12,834 bases of DNA from a virus (IMGVR_UViG_2526164634_000024:1-12834), one strand, 5' to 3'. Shown: positions 1 through 7,468, counted from the first letter of the stretch. Numbers and translations are program-made. Notes: generated by a model from the letters alone, not told the origin.

Positions 1-960
1 TTACTCCTTGTCCATTGCGTACAGCCCATTAACCAGAGCAAATTGTGGCACCCCGTCCGCGATGAAAGTCGCATTAACTCCGCAGGCTTCGCGGATAGCG
101 GGTGCCACAATCTCCGCCCCGCCACCGACAACCATCACCCGCCCGTAACCCGAAAAACCCGCCAGCGCGCGGATCACGCGTTGTTTCAGTGTTTCTTCCT
201 TTTCACGAATAACCGCCATCAGGCTGGCGTAATGCGCGTCATTGTGGATGTGCTGGCGCAGCCAGGCTTCATCATGGCGATGTTCGATAATGGTATTGGC
301 GATGTGGTGACTGGTGCGCATACCGTTAGTGGCCATCACCGACAGTACGGCATCGGCCATAAGAGAAACGCCTACGTGTGGATCGCAAAACACCTGGCTG
401 ATACCTGCCAGTTGCCCCTGAACCTTTGCCACATCCAGCGTGGTTCCGCCCAAATCCACAATCAGCAGGGATTCAAACGGACTCATGTCAGCCAGTGCTT
501 TAAAGCCAGCCGGAATGGATTCAGGCATAACCCGTACGTTACGGATAGTGAATGCTTCGCCGTTCTGGTACTCCACCGGGCGCATAACGTTCGCTTTTTT
601 GCGGTTGATGTTGGCCATGTCCGGCTGTGCGTTTGTGTCGAAATACTCGCTCAGTGGCAGGGTAACAACCACATCCACTTCCTGTGGCGTGATGTCTGAT
701 TTGACCAGCGCGTGATGAATGGCAATGACATTCACATCGCTGTACTGGTATTGCGTGTCGGTCGTCTGGACAAAGCGATCGCTGACCGGATCAAAACCAT
801 AGCGCACGCCATCAAGCATGTAGTTAGCAGGCTGCGAGCCACCGAACGGCGCAGACCATTCCGACTTGAAGCTGTTCGGGCTGATGGCGTTGCGGCGTTC
901 GCCGTTCTCAGTCCATGCCAGCTTGATGTTGGTGGAGCCGTCGTCGATGTAAATTTTCAT
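1..960 (-). CDS. ParM/StbA-family actin-like ATPase (plasmid-segregation type), complete, 319 aa
   Basis: ORF from ATG at 960 to TAA at 1-3; AAGGA Shine-Dalgarno 8 nt upstream. N-terminus MKIYIDDGSTNIKLAW plus PNSFK, YSDVNV..HHAL, VMPESIPAG, LIVDLGGTTLD and VVGGGAE blocks match actin-fold nucleotide-binding motifs as I recall them from R1/R100 ParM (StbA); size matches ParM (~320 aa). Confidence 0.8.
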   Translation of the reverse strand: MKIYIDDGSTNIKLAWTENGERRNAISPNSFKSEWSAPFGGSQPANYMLDGVRYGFDPVSDRFVQTTDTQYQYSDVNVIAIHHALVKSDITPQEVDVVVTLPLSEYFDTNAQPDMANINRKKANVMRPVEYQNGEAFTIRNVRVMPESIPAGFKALADMSPFESLLIVDLGGTTLDVAKVQGQLAGISQVFCDPHVGVSLMADAVLSVMATNGMRTSHHIANTIIEHRHDEAWLRQHIHNDAHYASLMAVIREKEETLKQRVIRALAGFSGYGRVMVVGGGAEIVAPAIREACGVNATFIADGVPQFALVNGLYAMDKE

Positions 961-991
961 GTCGGTTTTCCTTATGTTGATTAATTAATCG

Positions 992-1103
992 TTTACGGGA
1001 TTCTGAAATCCCGTTTTTGCCTGTTTTGTGCGCGCCTCATATATCGCTGCGCGTTTTTTGCTCATTTACGGGATTCGTGAGTCCCGTTTCTGTCTGTTTT
1101 TTG
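992..1103. repeat. Two imperfect ~39-bp direct repeats (992-1030 and 1065-1103, period 73 bp), each containing a short palindrome (CGGGATT-n4-AATCCCG; ACGGGA-n8-TCCCGT) followed by a T-rich tract
   Basis: Read directly: TTTACGGGATTCTGAAATCCCGTTTTTGCCTGTTTTGTG versus TTTACGGGATTCGTGAGTCCCGTTTCTGTCTGTTTTTTG (~33/39 identical). Copy 1 is intergenic between the replication gene stop and the ParM-like start; copy 2 lies in the last ~20 codons of the replication gene. Confidence 0.6.
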
Positions 1104-3877
1104 TTTCCACTGGTCAGGCCACCCCGCAGCAGGTCTGCTTTGCGGCTGGCGCGTTCAGTGGTTTCACTGATTCTCTGTGCGTGCTCTGCGTCGCGGATGG
1201 CGCGCAGCATGTCAGAAAGCACGGTAACGGGTGTTTTCATGGTGTTCTGGTCCTGCTGAAGTGTGGATGCCAGGCGTGCGGCGGCTTCAGGGTCTGATGC
1301 CCCCAGCTGTGCCAGATAGCTGGCGACCGGGTTATGGCGGATCTCCGTGCTGCTTACGCCATGATTACGGCTCAGACGCTGCCAGAGCTGCGTGATTCGG
1401 CTGTCCGGGCGGGTATCCGGTTTGCGTACAATTTCAAATCCCTGCGGTGCAATGATGCTGCCGTCAACGTACAGACTGCCGCCCCGTAACAGGTGCTGCA
1501 TCTGTTGTTCACCGATATGCAGGCCGAGAGATTCAGCAGACTCCCGCCATTCTTTAGCGAGTAACTCGTGGTTATCAGGCAAAGGCCGCTGCTGTTTGCG
1601 GCTCTGTGTCCAGTTCTGCATTTCATCGCTGCTGTTTTTTGCCTGTTTGTCACGAAGCGAACGCATCAGCGCCCGGCGTTCGTGCCGTTTCAGTGAGCGC
1701 ATCCATTCATTTACTTCAACGCCGTCAGGAAGCTGCGGCCACGGTGCTGGCCGTTCTTCCGGCTGTTCTGTCCCGTTGTTGCCTGTTTCCTGTACACGGG
1801 GACAGTTATTGCCACGAGTCCAAGGGGCGGCAGGGCCGCCCTGAAGGTCAAAACCATTTTCGCGGGCGCTGTCTTCCGCTTCCGGTTTACGTCTTACCAG
1901 CTTCCAGTTATCCGGATGTGTGCACACACGGGAAGACTCCCCGATGAGTGGTGACCAGATCCCGTAAATCTGTACGCTCTGTTCGCCGTAATCGTTCAGC
2001 TCATCTGCGAGGTCGTAGGCGGTGCGAATCAGGTAGTCTTTGCGTGGAACAAGTACGCCGCCCTGTTTTTCAATGTAGGAGGCAAAACACCCGGCATCAG
2101 CGGCAGCGAGCACTGCATCCATTGCGTCATCCTTCAGCCGTTGCGGGCCTTCCGGGTTGCGTGCCATCTGGCTGGCAAGGCGGCGCAGTTCACGCCACAC
2201 CTGACGGGAGGGGATGCCAAAGAACTGGAACTGGCGGACCCGGTGAAGGCGCGCCCAGCCGATGGCGCGCTCCACGCTCTCGGCCATTGATTTTCCGGTT
2301 TCGTGGTCAACGCGTGGCTTGCCCGTTTTCGGGTCGATACCATCCACGGCGCGGCTGTCCAGGTTCTTTCCGATGTAGGTGGCGATGTAGCTGGTCGGTG
2401 TGCCTTTTGAGCCGTCGACGTACTCTGCCTTAAAGCGTGGGGTAATATCATCACCCAGCTCGTGACGATCTTCCTGAATGGCAATATCGCGGGTGTGGGA
2501 CACAATGGTGTCGATTTCTTCCGGATGAGCAAAGACCATCATATGCCAGTGCACGGTGCCGTCATGGTGAGGCTCCACCGTGCGGATGCCATACCAGCGC
2601 AGGCCGTCGCGGTTCAGTTTCTTGCGGACCGCCGCAAAAAACGAGTTAACCAGGTAATCGCTGGAGTCGCGCATAGTGGCCCCGTTCCATTTGGGATTCG
2701 GATGACCGTTCTCCGTTGTTGCGTGGTATTTTGACGGGCAGGTGACAGTCAGAAACACCGCTCTGTCGCCACGGGCTTCGGCCAGAAGTTCCAGCCCCTT
2801 CATGGTGGCCATCATTTCTGCCTTACGGTGAACCGGGTTACTTACTCCCGCGTAATACACTGTCTCAAGATCAATCGTGAACCCGTCTTCGTTTTCCAGC
2901 ATGAAACTTTTCAGGAAATCGCGTGTTTTCTCGCGCTGTGCGCGAAACTCGCTTAACGCATCCTGGCTCAGATAGGGCGATGTTTTTCTGGAAACCAGAC
3001 AGGCGGCGCGGAGTTGTTCTTCTCTCCACTCGCAACGTAACAGCCACAGTTTGCGTTTCCACCATTCCGCACAGGTCAGGCGAAGGATTGCGCCCGGCAG
3101 CAGCTCCGTGTCTGGTTCGTTCCTCCGGCCTTTGTCTGTTGTCAGTGCGTCATAATGCGGAGGCATGGCGTGCAGGTGTAACGCCATGCGGGCCAGCATC
3201 TGATACGCCTTCAGCGTTACATCCATGGTCAGCTCGCCATCAGTCGCACCAAAGCCATCGCAGAGTTTTTCGAAGGTGCTGCTGAACATCGCCGCCGTCA
3301 TGGTGGCCAGCGTCTGTATCTGGTGTTTGTTGAGCTGCGGCAGGTAAAGCAAATCGTCCAGGCGTTCGCGTCCGGCAAGGGAGCGATAACCCGGTGTCAG
3401 CCAGTGTCCGTCAGTGCGATCCAGACGTTCGAATATTTTGCGCAGGGTTCCGCGTGCATAGCGTTCTGCCTGCCAGCTCTTTTTGCCTTTCCGGCGATCG
3501 ACTTCCTGTTTTTTGCGCAGGAAAGAGAGGTGGCGGCTCAGAGGTTCACGCAGATAAACGGGAAGCACCTTCAGTGTGGCAAAAGCACGGGCCACCGGGT
3601 CTTGTTCTGTTGCCTGACGCTTGCTGATGATGCTTTGTGCCAGCTTTTCACGCTGTCCGGCTTCCTCAAGGGATGCCATGAGTTTTTTACCCACGGTGGA
3701 TTGTGCGAAAAAGGCTTCCTCCTTCGCTTCCTGTTCTTCCAGAGCCTTTTTGTCTGCCTCAAGGTAGTAACGGATGGCGCGTTGCAGGTCGGTTTCAGTT
3801 TCCTGCCTGTGCTCCGTAAATCTGGCCGGATCAATGGCTGGCCGTGGTTCATTCCAGCTCCATGCAAACTCATTCAT
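1037..3877 (-). CDS. Phage P2 gpA-family rolling-circle replication initiator (HUH endonuclease), ~946 aa
   Basis: Contains VEPHHDGTVHWHMMVF (HUH-type motif, cf. P2 A VEPHHDGTPHWHMMLF as recalled) and SYIATYIGKNLD (cf. P2 A GYIAKYISKNID). Preferred start is ATG at 3877 (MNEFAWSW...), overlapping the upstream ORF stop as ATGA; the ORF-track start at 3904 is a GTG. Stop TGA at 1037-1039. Confidence 0.85.
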   Translation of the reverse strand: MNEFAWSWNEPRPAIDPARFTEHRQETETDLQRAIRYYLEADKKALEEQEAKEEAFFAQSTVGKKLMASLEEAGQREKLAQSIISKRQATEQDPVARAFATLKVLPVYLREPLSRHLSFLRKKQEVDRRKGKKSWQAERYARGTLRKIFERLDRTDGHWLTPGYRSLAGRERLDDLLYLPQLNKHQIQTLATMTAAMFSSTFEKLCDGFGATDGELTMDVTLKAYQMLARMALHLHAMPPHYDALTTDKGRRNEPDTELLPGAILRLTCAEWWKRKLWLLRCEWREEQLRAACLVSRKTSPYLSQDALSEFRAQREKTRDFLKSFMLENEDGFTIDLETVYYAGVSNPVHRKAEMMATMKGLELLAEARGDRAVFLTVTCPSKYHATTENGHPNPKWNGATMRDSSDYLVNSFFAAVRKKLNRDGLRWYGIRTVEPHHDGTVHWHMMVFAHPEEIDTIVSHTRDIAIQEDRHELGDDITPRFKAEYVDGSKGTPTSYIATYIGKNLDSRAVDGIDPKTGKPRVDHETGKSMAESVERAIGWARLHRVRQFQFFGIPSRQVWRELRRLASQMARNPEGPQRLKDDAMDAVLAAADAGCFASYIEKQGGVLVPRKDYLIRTAYDLADELNDYGEQSVQIYGIWSPLIGESSRVCTHPDNWKLVRRKPEAEDSARENGFDLQGGPAAPWTRGNNCPRVQETGNNGTEQPEERPAPWPQLPDGVEVNEWMRSLKRHERRALMRSLRDKQAKNSSDEMQNWTQSRKQQRPLPDNHELLAKEWRESAESLGLHIGEQQMQHLLRGGSLYVDGSIIAPQGFEIVRKPDTRPDSRITQLWQRLSRNHGVSSTEIRHNPVASYLAQLGASDPEAAARLASTLQQDQNTMKTPVTVLSDMLRAIRDAEHAQRISETTERASRKADLLRGGLTSGNKKQTETGLTNPVNEQKTRSDI

Positions 3878-4263
3878 GGCTGGTATCCCGTCACGCGCTG
3901 CCACTCCTGCGAGAAGAGGGCAGAAAGGCGGTTAAATTCAGCGGTGTATTCACTCAGCGAGGCACACCCGCCAGCAGTGCGATGCGCCAGCATTGCCGCA
4001 AATACGGAGGCCGGGGAGTCGTAATACGCCAGCAGTGATTCTCCGTGTGGTGTCAGGCAGTGCAACGCCAGCCCGTGTGGTGTGAAGTCCACGCGGTAGC
4101 AGTCGTCTACTGTGAAATAAAGGGTGTCTGCATTCTCCGGTTTTGTGGTGCGTGCTCTGTTGTCACGACCACGGATGTAGAGATCAAATAATCCCTGAAG
4201 AACGGGAGCCAGACGGGTGTCCTGTGTGCGCACCCATCTTGTGAAGTCATGAGCGTCAATCAT
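3874..4263 (-). CDS. Hypothetical protein, 129 aa, translationally coupled to the replication initiator
   Basis: ATG at 4263, stop at 3874-3876 overlapping the Rep start (ATGA); same strand and context as the early operon. No family recognised. Confidence 0.55.
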   Translation of the reverse strand: MIDAHDFTRWVRTQDTRLAPVLQGLFDLYIRGRDNRARTTKPENADTLYFTVDDCYRVDFTPHGLALHCLTPHGESLLAYYDSPASVFAAMLAHRTAGGCASLSEYTAEFNRLSALFSQEWQRVTGYQP

Positions 4264-4335
4264 GCTGCAATTCTCTTTACTACAGATGTGCGAAGGCCTC
4301 CCGCCGCAAGGTGCAGGAAAGGCCCGGAACAGGAA

Positions 4336-4566
4336 TTAATGGAGTTTGTTTTGCTGCTGGAAGAGTTGTTGCAGCTCGCGCAGATCATCCGCCAGATAGC
4401 TGAAAACAGAGGCGGAATAGATGTTCGATAGCGCGTGGCTGCGCTCATGCAGCATATTGATGTGCATGATTTGCGCGACGCGTGATGCGCGGAAAAGTCT
4501 ACGGTTGATTTCAGTCTGGATGTGACGACGCGCAGCGTATGCGCGCTGTTGTTTGCGGTTTGCCAT
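4336..4566 (-). CDS. Hypothetical small basic protein, 76 aa
   Basis: ATG at 4566 preceded by AAGAGG Shine-Dalgarno at 7-nt spacing; R/K-rich N-terminus. No family recognised. Confidence 0.55.
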   Translation of the reverse strand: MANRKQQRAYAARRHIQTEINRRLFRASRVAQIMHINMLHERSHALSNIYSASVFSYLADDLRELQQLFQQQNKLH

Positions 4567-4745
4567 GGTGTGGCCTCTTTGCTCGGTGATAGAAATAGCT
4601 CACCATCCAGAGTTGAGAATCTCGGGGTGGCGAGACGTACAGGGTTCTCAACACCGGAGAGCAAAGAATCCGGCCCGACCGAAGTCGGCCCCGTACGCCC
4701 CGCCATAATTCTGACGCGAAAAAGACGTGGCAATACAGTACGCAC

Positions 4746-4766
4746 AAAAAAACCGCTGGCGCGGTT
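4746..4766 (-). terminator. Candidate intrinsic terminator on the minus strand (6-bp GC stem AACCGC/GCGGTT, 4-nt loop, followed by a 7-U run)
   Basis: Plus-strand sequence AAAAAAACCGCTGGCGCGGTT reads on the minus strand as hairpin followed by TTTTTTT. The stem is short, so this is tentative. Confidence 0.35.
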
Positions 4767-4838
4767 ATGCGCTTTGCTCTGTATCGGGTTGAGAATCCCG
4801 GCACCCGTTTTATGAGGTGCAGCGGAAATGTAACCTGA

Positions 4839-4867
4839 CCGATTGCGGCATGGCAAGCGGTTTTTTT
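4839..4867 (+). terminator. Candidate intrinsic terminator on the plus strand (8-bp stem with one mismatch, 6-nt loop, 7-T run)
   Basis: CCGATTGC-GGCATG-GCAAGCGG-TTTTTTT read directly. No credible plus-strand protein gene lies upstream, which suggests a plus-strand non-coding or antisense transcript. Confidence 0.35.
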
Positions 4868-4888
4868 GTGTGTGCATGTTCTGGTTTC

Positions 4889-5188
4889 TTACTGGTTCAG
4901 AAAAAAATCAAAAACCTTGTCAATGCGTTGCAGCAGCTCTTGCTGCATTGCTTCCGGCGTTTCCGGTTCGCCAGGTGCCCCCAGCGTTGCGCAGAAATCA
5001 GCGATTTCATGATGGAGCGTCAGGCGAATGGCAGGAGCCGTGGTTCTGGCGTGCTCCAGCTGATCCAGCAGTGCCAGCACAGCAGACGGCGAGAGCATTG
5101 CGCGAAATGCCAGTAATTTTTGAGGAGTTGCCATTCGTTGCAGGGCAAATGCCAGTTCGCGTAGCTTCTGGTGGTTGATGGTGCTCAT
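4889..5188 (-). CDS. Hypothetical protein, 99 aa
   Basis: ATG at 5188 overlaps the stop of the upstream ORF (ATGA); part of the leftward early operon. No family recognised. Confidence 0.55.
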   Translation of the reverse strand: MSTINHQKLRELAFALQRMATPQKLLAFRAMLSPSAVLALLDQLEHARTTAPAIRLTLHHEIADFCATLGAPGEPETPEAMQQELLQRIDKVFDFFLNQ

Positions 5189-5451
5189 GTTCTGGCTTCC
5201 TTCAGTAGCTGGTTAAACATGTGAGTAAGTGGATTGCTACACCCGAACGGCATCGGGTTTACTTGGTAAGAAGCCTGGCCTCCAGTTTTGCGAGCGCGAC
5301 CACCTGTGCTGCGGTTTGTTCTGATGACTAAGCCGCCGCGCCAAAGTTGGCGTAACTCAGCATTAATGGCTGTGGTTGGAGTATTCAGTGCTGCGGCGAT
5401 CTCTCCGCCGCTACACCCCGGATGAGTAGCGATGTAGTCCAGAATGGTCAT
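5185..5451 (-). CDS. Putative small winged-helix DNA-binding protein, 88 aa
   Basis: N-terminal ILDYIATHPGCSGGEIAAALNTPTTAINAELRQLWRGGLV pattern resembles winged-HTH recognition modules; start overlaps the upstream stop (ATGA). Family assignment is tentative. Confidence 0.5.
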   Translation of the reverse strand: MTILDYIATHPGCSGGEIAAALNTPTTAINAELRQLWRGGLVIRTNRSTGGRARKTGGQASYQVNPMPFGCSNPLTHMFNQLLKEART

Positions 5452-5651
5452 CTGCGTGGCTCCTGTACTTGTCGGATAAGATTCACCCGCGCCACGTTGG
5501 TGGCGCAGAAATAAGTGCCGTCAGTGAGGTAGATGTGGTGCGCATCCTTTTCCGAACGATGTTTGTCGATAGTGGTAATCAGGCGTTCGTCGACCTCGTA
5601 TTCGCGCCCTCTGGAGGTAAAGCGAACGACGGAAAAATGCTTAATTGCCAT
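5448..5651 (-). CDS. Hypothetical protein, 67 aa
   Basis: ATG at 5651 with strong AAGGGGG Shine-Dalgarno upstream; stop overlaps the next start (ATGA). Confidence 0.55.
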   Translation of the reverse strand: MAIKHFSVVRFTSRGREYEVDERLITTIDKHRSEKDAHHIYLTDGTYFCATNVARVNLIRQVQEPRR

Positions 5652-5674
5652 TGCGCCCCCTTTGTCCAGTAACC

Positions 5675-6091
5675 CTATGCGTTAAATACGGCACGTTGCG
5701 CGTCATCAATGAATACAGCTTGAGAGCGTTCTATCAGGCGGAGATTTGTCAGAAGCTCAGACTCTTTTGTGTGGTAAGGCGTTATCAGGTATTTGCCGTG
5801 CAGTTCGGCAATAATGGTGTATTGCGGCATCATTGCTGAACCAAGAATATAAATGCAGCGTCCAATGCTGGACGGATTCATGGCTGCAACTGTTGACTGT
5901 GTTTTAAGAGTGTCGATTTCTTTGCTCTGTTCCTCAATAATTTTGGCTGCGTCAGCGGTGATTTTTGCAATGGTCAGTGCGTGAAGTGCTGCCATATGTT
6001 GGCTACGCTTCACGGCATCTTTAGCCGTTTCATCTTCCGCTTCTGATATTTTTTTTAATGTGTTGATAATGCCTTCTTCTTTTGTGTTCAT
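5675..6091 (-). CDS. Hypothetical protein, 138 aa (N-terminal coiled-coil-like)
   Basis: ATG at 6091 preceded by GGAGA Shine-Dalgarno at ~6 nt; no family recognised. Confidence 0.55.
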   Translation of the reverse strand: MNTKEEGIINTLKKISEAEDETAKDAVKRSQHMAALHALTIAKITADAAKIIEEQSKEIDTLKTQSTVAAMNPSSIGRCIYILGSAMMPQYTIIAELHGKYLITPYHTKESELLTNLRLIERSQAVFIDDAQRAVFNA

Positions 6092-6183
6092 TTTATATCT
6101 CCGTTATTTACGTGTGCGAATACCTCCGCGAATGCGGATAGTTTTCAGGTTTTCGGGTTTAATCTGGTGTTTTGTTTAAGCTG

Positions 6184-6297
6184 TTATTCGTCAGTGAAAA
6201 AGCGTTCAATCTTTTTTACTGAATGAATAATTCGCATAATCCCAATGGCGCAGGCCACCGAAATAATCAGAACAAGCCATGAGATAAATATACTCAT
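6184..6297 (-). CDS. Candidate small hydrophobic membrane peptide, 37 aa (MSIFISWLVLIISVACAIGIMRIIHSVKKIERFFTDE); not in the supplied ORF track
   Basis: Hand-translated: ATG at 6297-6295 overlaps the TGA stop of the upstream 80-aa ORF (ATGA), runs to TAA at 6186-6184. One predicted transmembrane helix followed by a basic/acidic tail. Confidence 0.4.
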   Translation of the reverse strand: MSIFISWLVLIISVACAIGIMRIIHSVKKIERFFTDE

Positions 6298-6536
6298 GCG
6301 ATATTCCCCAGCTTATACGGTTCAATATGTTCCCCGCATTCTGCGGCACAGATCAGCTCGGAAAGTTCGTTAAGTGCATCCAGATCATCAGCGTAAAAAG
6401 CGACGTCATACAAACTCCGGATTGCCCTGGTCAATGAGTCACGAGCTGCACGTTCAGCATGAGCGCCTGATGCACTTAAGCGAAAATAAAATCGTTCAAG
6501 TGCTTTGTTAATGAGAGTTTTATATTCTTTGCCCAT
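6294..6536 (-). CDS. Hypothetical protein, 80 aa
   Basis: ATG at 6536 with AAGGG Shine-Dalgarno upstream; coupled to the small downstream peptide ORF. Confidence 0.55.
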   Translation of the reverse strand: MGKEYKTLINKALERFYFRLSASGAHAERAARDSLTRAIRSLYDVAFYADDLDALNELSELICAAECGEHIEPYKLGNIA

Positions 6537-6547
6537 CGCAACGCCCT

Positions 6548-6826
6548 TTAATCTGCTTTCTGAATTTCAGCTTCTGAATCCATACAAATAATTTCGATAT
6601 ATGGTTCATCGCCATTAACCTGACGTGCCTTTTCAGCTTCGCTAATGATTCCGTGTACAGTCTGGTACGGAAGTTCTACGGTCAGGCGCGTGCCGTTCAG
6701 ATAAACGTAAGTAGCTGCATTTTTTTCTGATGGGACAACTCCATCAATAGCTGATGCGCGCAATAACAGTTCACCGCGAAAATCAATAAAACGGATAAAT
6801 ACACCTTGTGCATGCTCTTTGGTCAT
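6548..6826 (-). CDS. Hypothetical protein, ~92 aa (start taken at internal ATG 6826 rather than the ORF-track start at 6925)
   Basis: Start at 6826 follows the stop of the upstream ORF (6837) by 10 nt with a GGTG upstream; the 6925 start would overlap the upstream gene by ~90 nt. Confidence 0.45.
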   Translation of the reverse strand: MTKEHAQGVFIRFIDFRGELLLRASAIDGVVPSEKNAATYVYLNGTRLTVELPYQTVHGIISEAEKARQVNGDEPYIEIICMDSEAEIQKAD

Positions 6827-6836
6827 AACGCACCTG

Positions 6837-7175
6837 TTATAAATCAGTCTGTTTAATAAAACTTTGCCCGCGAAGCAGACGATCAACCGTGCGAAGTGCT
6901 TCGTACAATGTGAAATCCTGTCCAAACTGAGTGTCGCCGTTGCTCAGAGCAAAAATGCGGTTTCCGGTAAATGGGTTGCGTTGGCATCTGTGAACCACGA
7001 TTCCAGCTTTCTCAATCAGCCAGGTGTGTTCACCAATTTGTTTTACGGGATGGCCATCAGGTGTAGCGTGTGTTTCGCTCAGGCTGTAGCGGGAGTTACT
7101 ACGTGATGCACTGGTAGCGAAACGGTTAGCGTGGCGTTCCGTTCCGGTACGAAAATTATGGCGTTGCTTCAGCAT
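6837..7175 (-). CDS. Hypothetical protein, 112 aa; second gene of the leftward early operon
   Basis: ATG at 7175 with GAGGTG Shine-Dalgarno at 7-nt spacing, 14 nt after the Cox-like stop. Confidence 0.5.
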   Translation of the reverse strand: MLKQRHNFRTGTERHANRFATSASRSNSRYSLSETHATPDGHPVKQIGEHTWLIEKAGIVVHRCQRNPFTGNRIFALSNGDTQFGQDFTLYEALRTVDRLLRGQSFIKQTDL

Positions 7176-7189
7176 AAAATTACACCTCG

Positions 7190-7468
7190 TTATTTTGTCA
7201 TCTGCACGTATTTCTCTGCGCTCCTGATGGTTTTCAGGAATATTGCGAAAAGGTTTACTTTGCGTTTTGTGTTTCTTCCTTCTTGGGTGACGGGGATTAC
7301 TGATCTGTCGGCCTGCCTTCTTACCGCAAGAATGCTTTGATTCGTGCGTTTCGCGTAATCTTCCAGGCTTTCTTCAAGCACAGGTAACCCATGCTCATCA
7401 CGGTATGGGTAGAACGCCGCCAAACGCTCAAAATCCGCTTGTTCGTATGTGTTCAGGACTTTTGCCAT
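7190..7468 (-). CDS. Cox-like small HTH excisionase/early regulator, 92 aa
   Basis: First gene of the leftward operon, divergent from the C-type repressor as in P2; length matches P2 Cox (~91 aa); segment YAKRTNQSILAVRRQADRSVIPV resembles the P2 Cox region FAKLIGKSTGAVRRMIDKGKLPVI as recalled. Positional and weak-motif evidence only. Confidence 0.5.
   Translation of the reverse strand: MAKVLNTYEQADFERLAAFYPYRDEHGLPVLEESLEDYAKRTNQSILAVRRQADRSVIPVTQEGRNTKRKVNLFAIFLKTIRSAEKYVQMTK

Noticed and set aside
43-984. Plus-strand ORFs (218 aa, 91 aa, 90 aa) antisense to the ParM-like gene
   Set aside because: They lie entirely within, and opposite to, a long ORF with clear family-level motifs; their translations are low-complexity and R/H-rich with no recognisable domain. 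Shadow ORFs.
1017-3627. Numerous ORFs on both strands overlapping the replication initiator gene (e.g. 1392-1844 +, 1948-2433 +, 2134-2532 -, 3323-4024 +)
   Set aside because: All are nested within or antisense to the 946-aa gpA-like ORF, which carries conserved catalytic motifs; their compositions are typical of out-of-frame readings of GC-rich coding DNA.
4260-4877. 205-aa minus-strand ORF spanning the structured non-coding region, and the 97-aa ORFs at 4511-4804 (-) and 4522-4815 (+)
   Set aside because: R/S/P-rich low-complexity translations; they overlap the better-supported 76-aa ORF in other frames and run through hairpin and terminator-like structures. More likely non-coding or regulatory RNA sequence than protein.
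6837-6925. Longer 125-aa version of the ORF ending at 6548 (ORF-track start at 6925)
   Set aside because: The extension would overlap the upstream gene by ~90 nt in another frame; the internal ATG at 6826 sits 10 nt past the upstream stop and fits the operon spacing. Either start remains possible.
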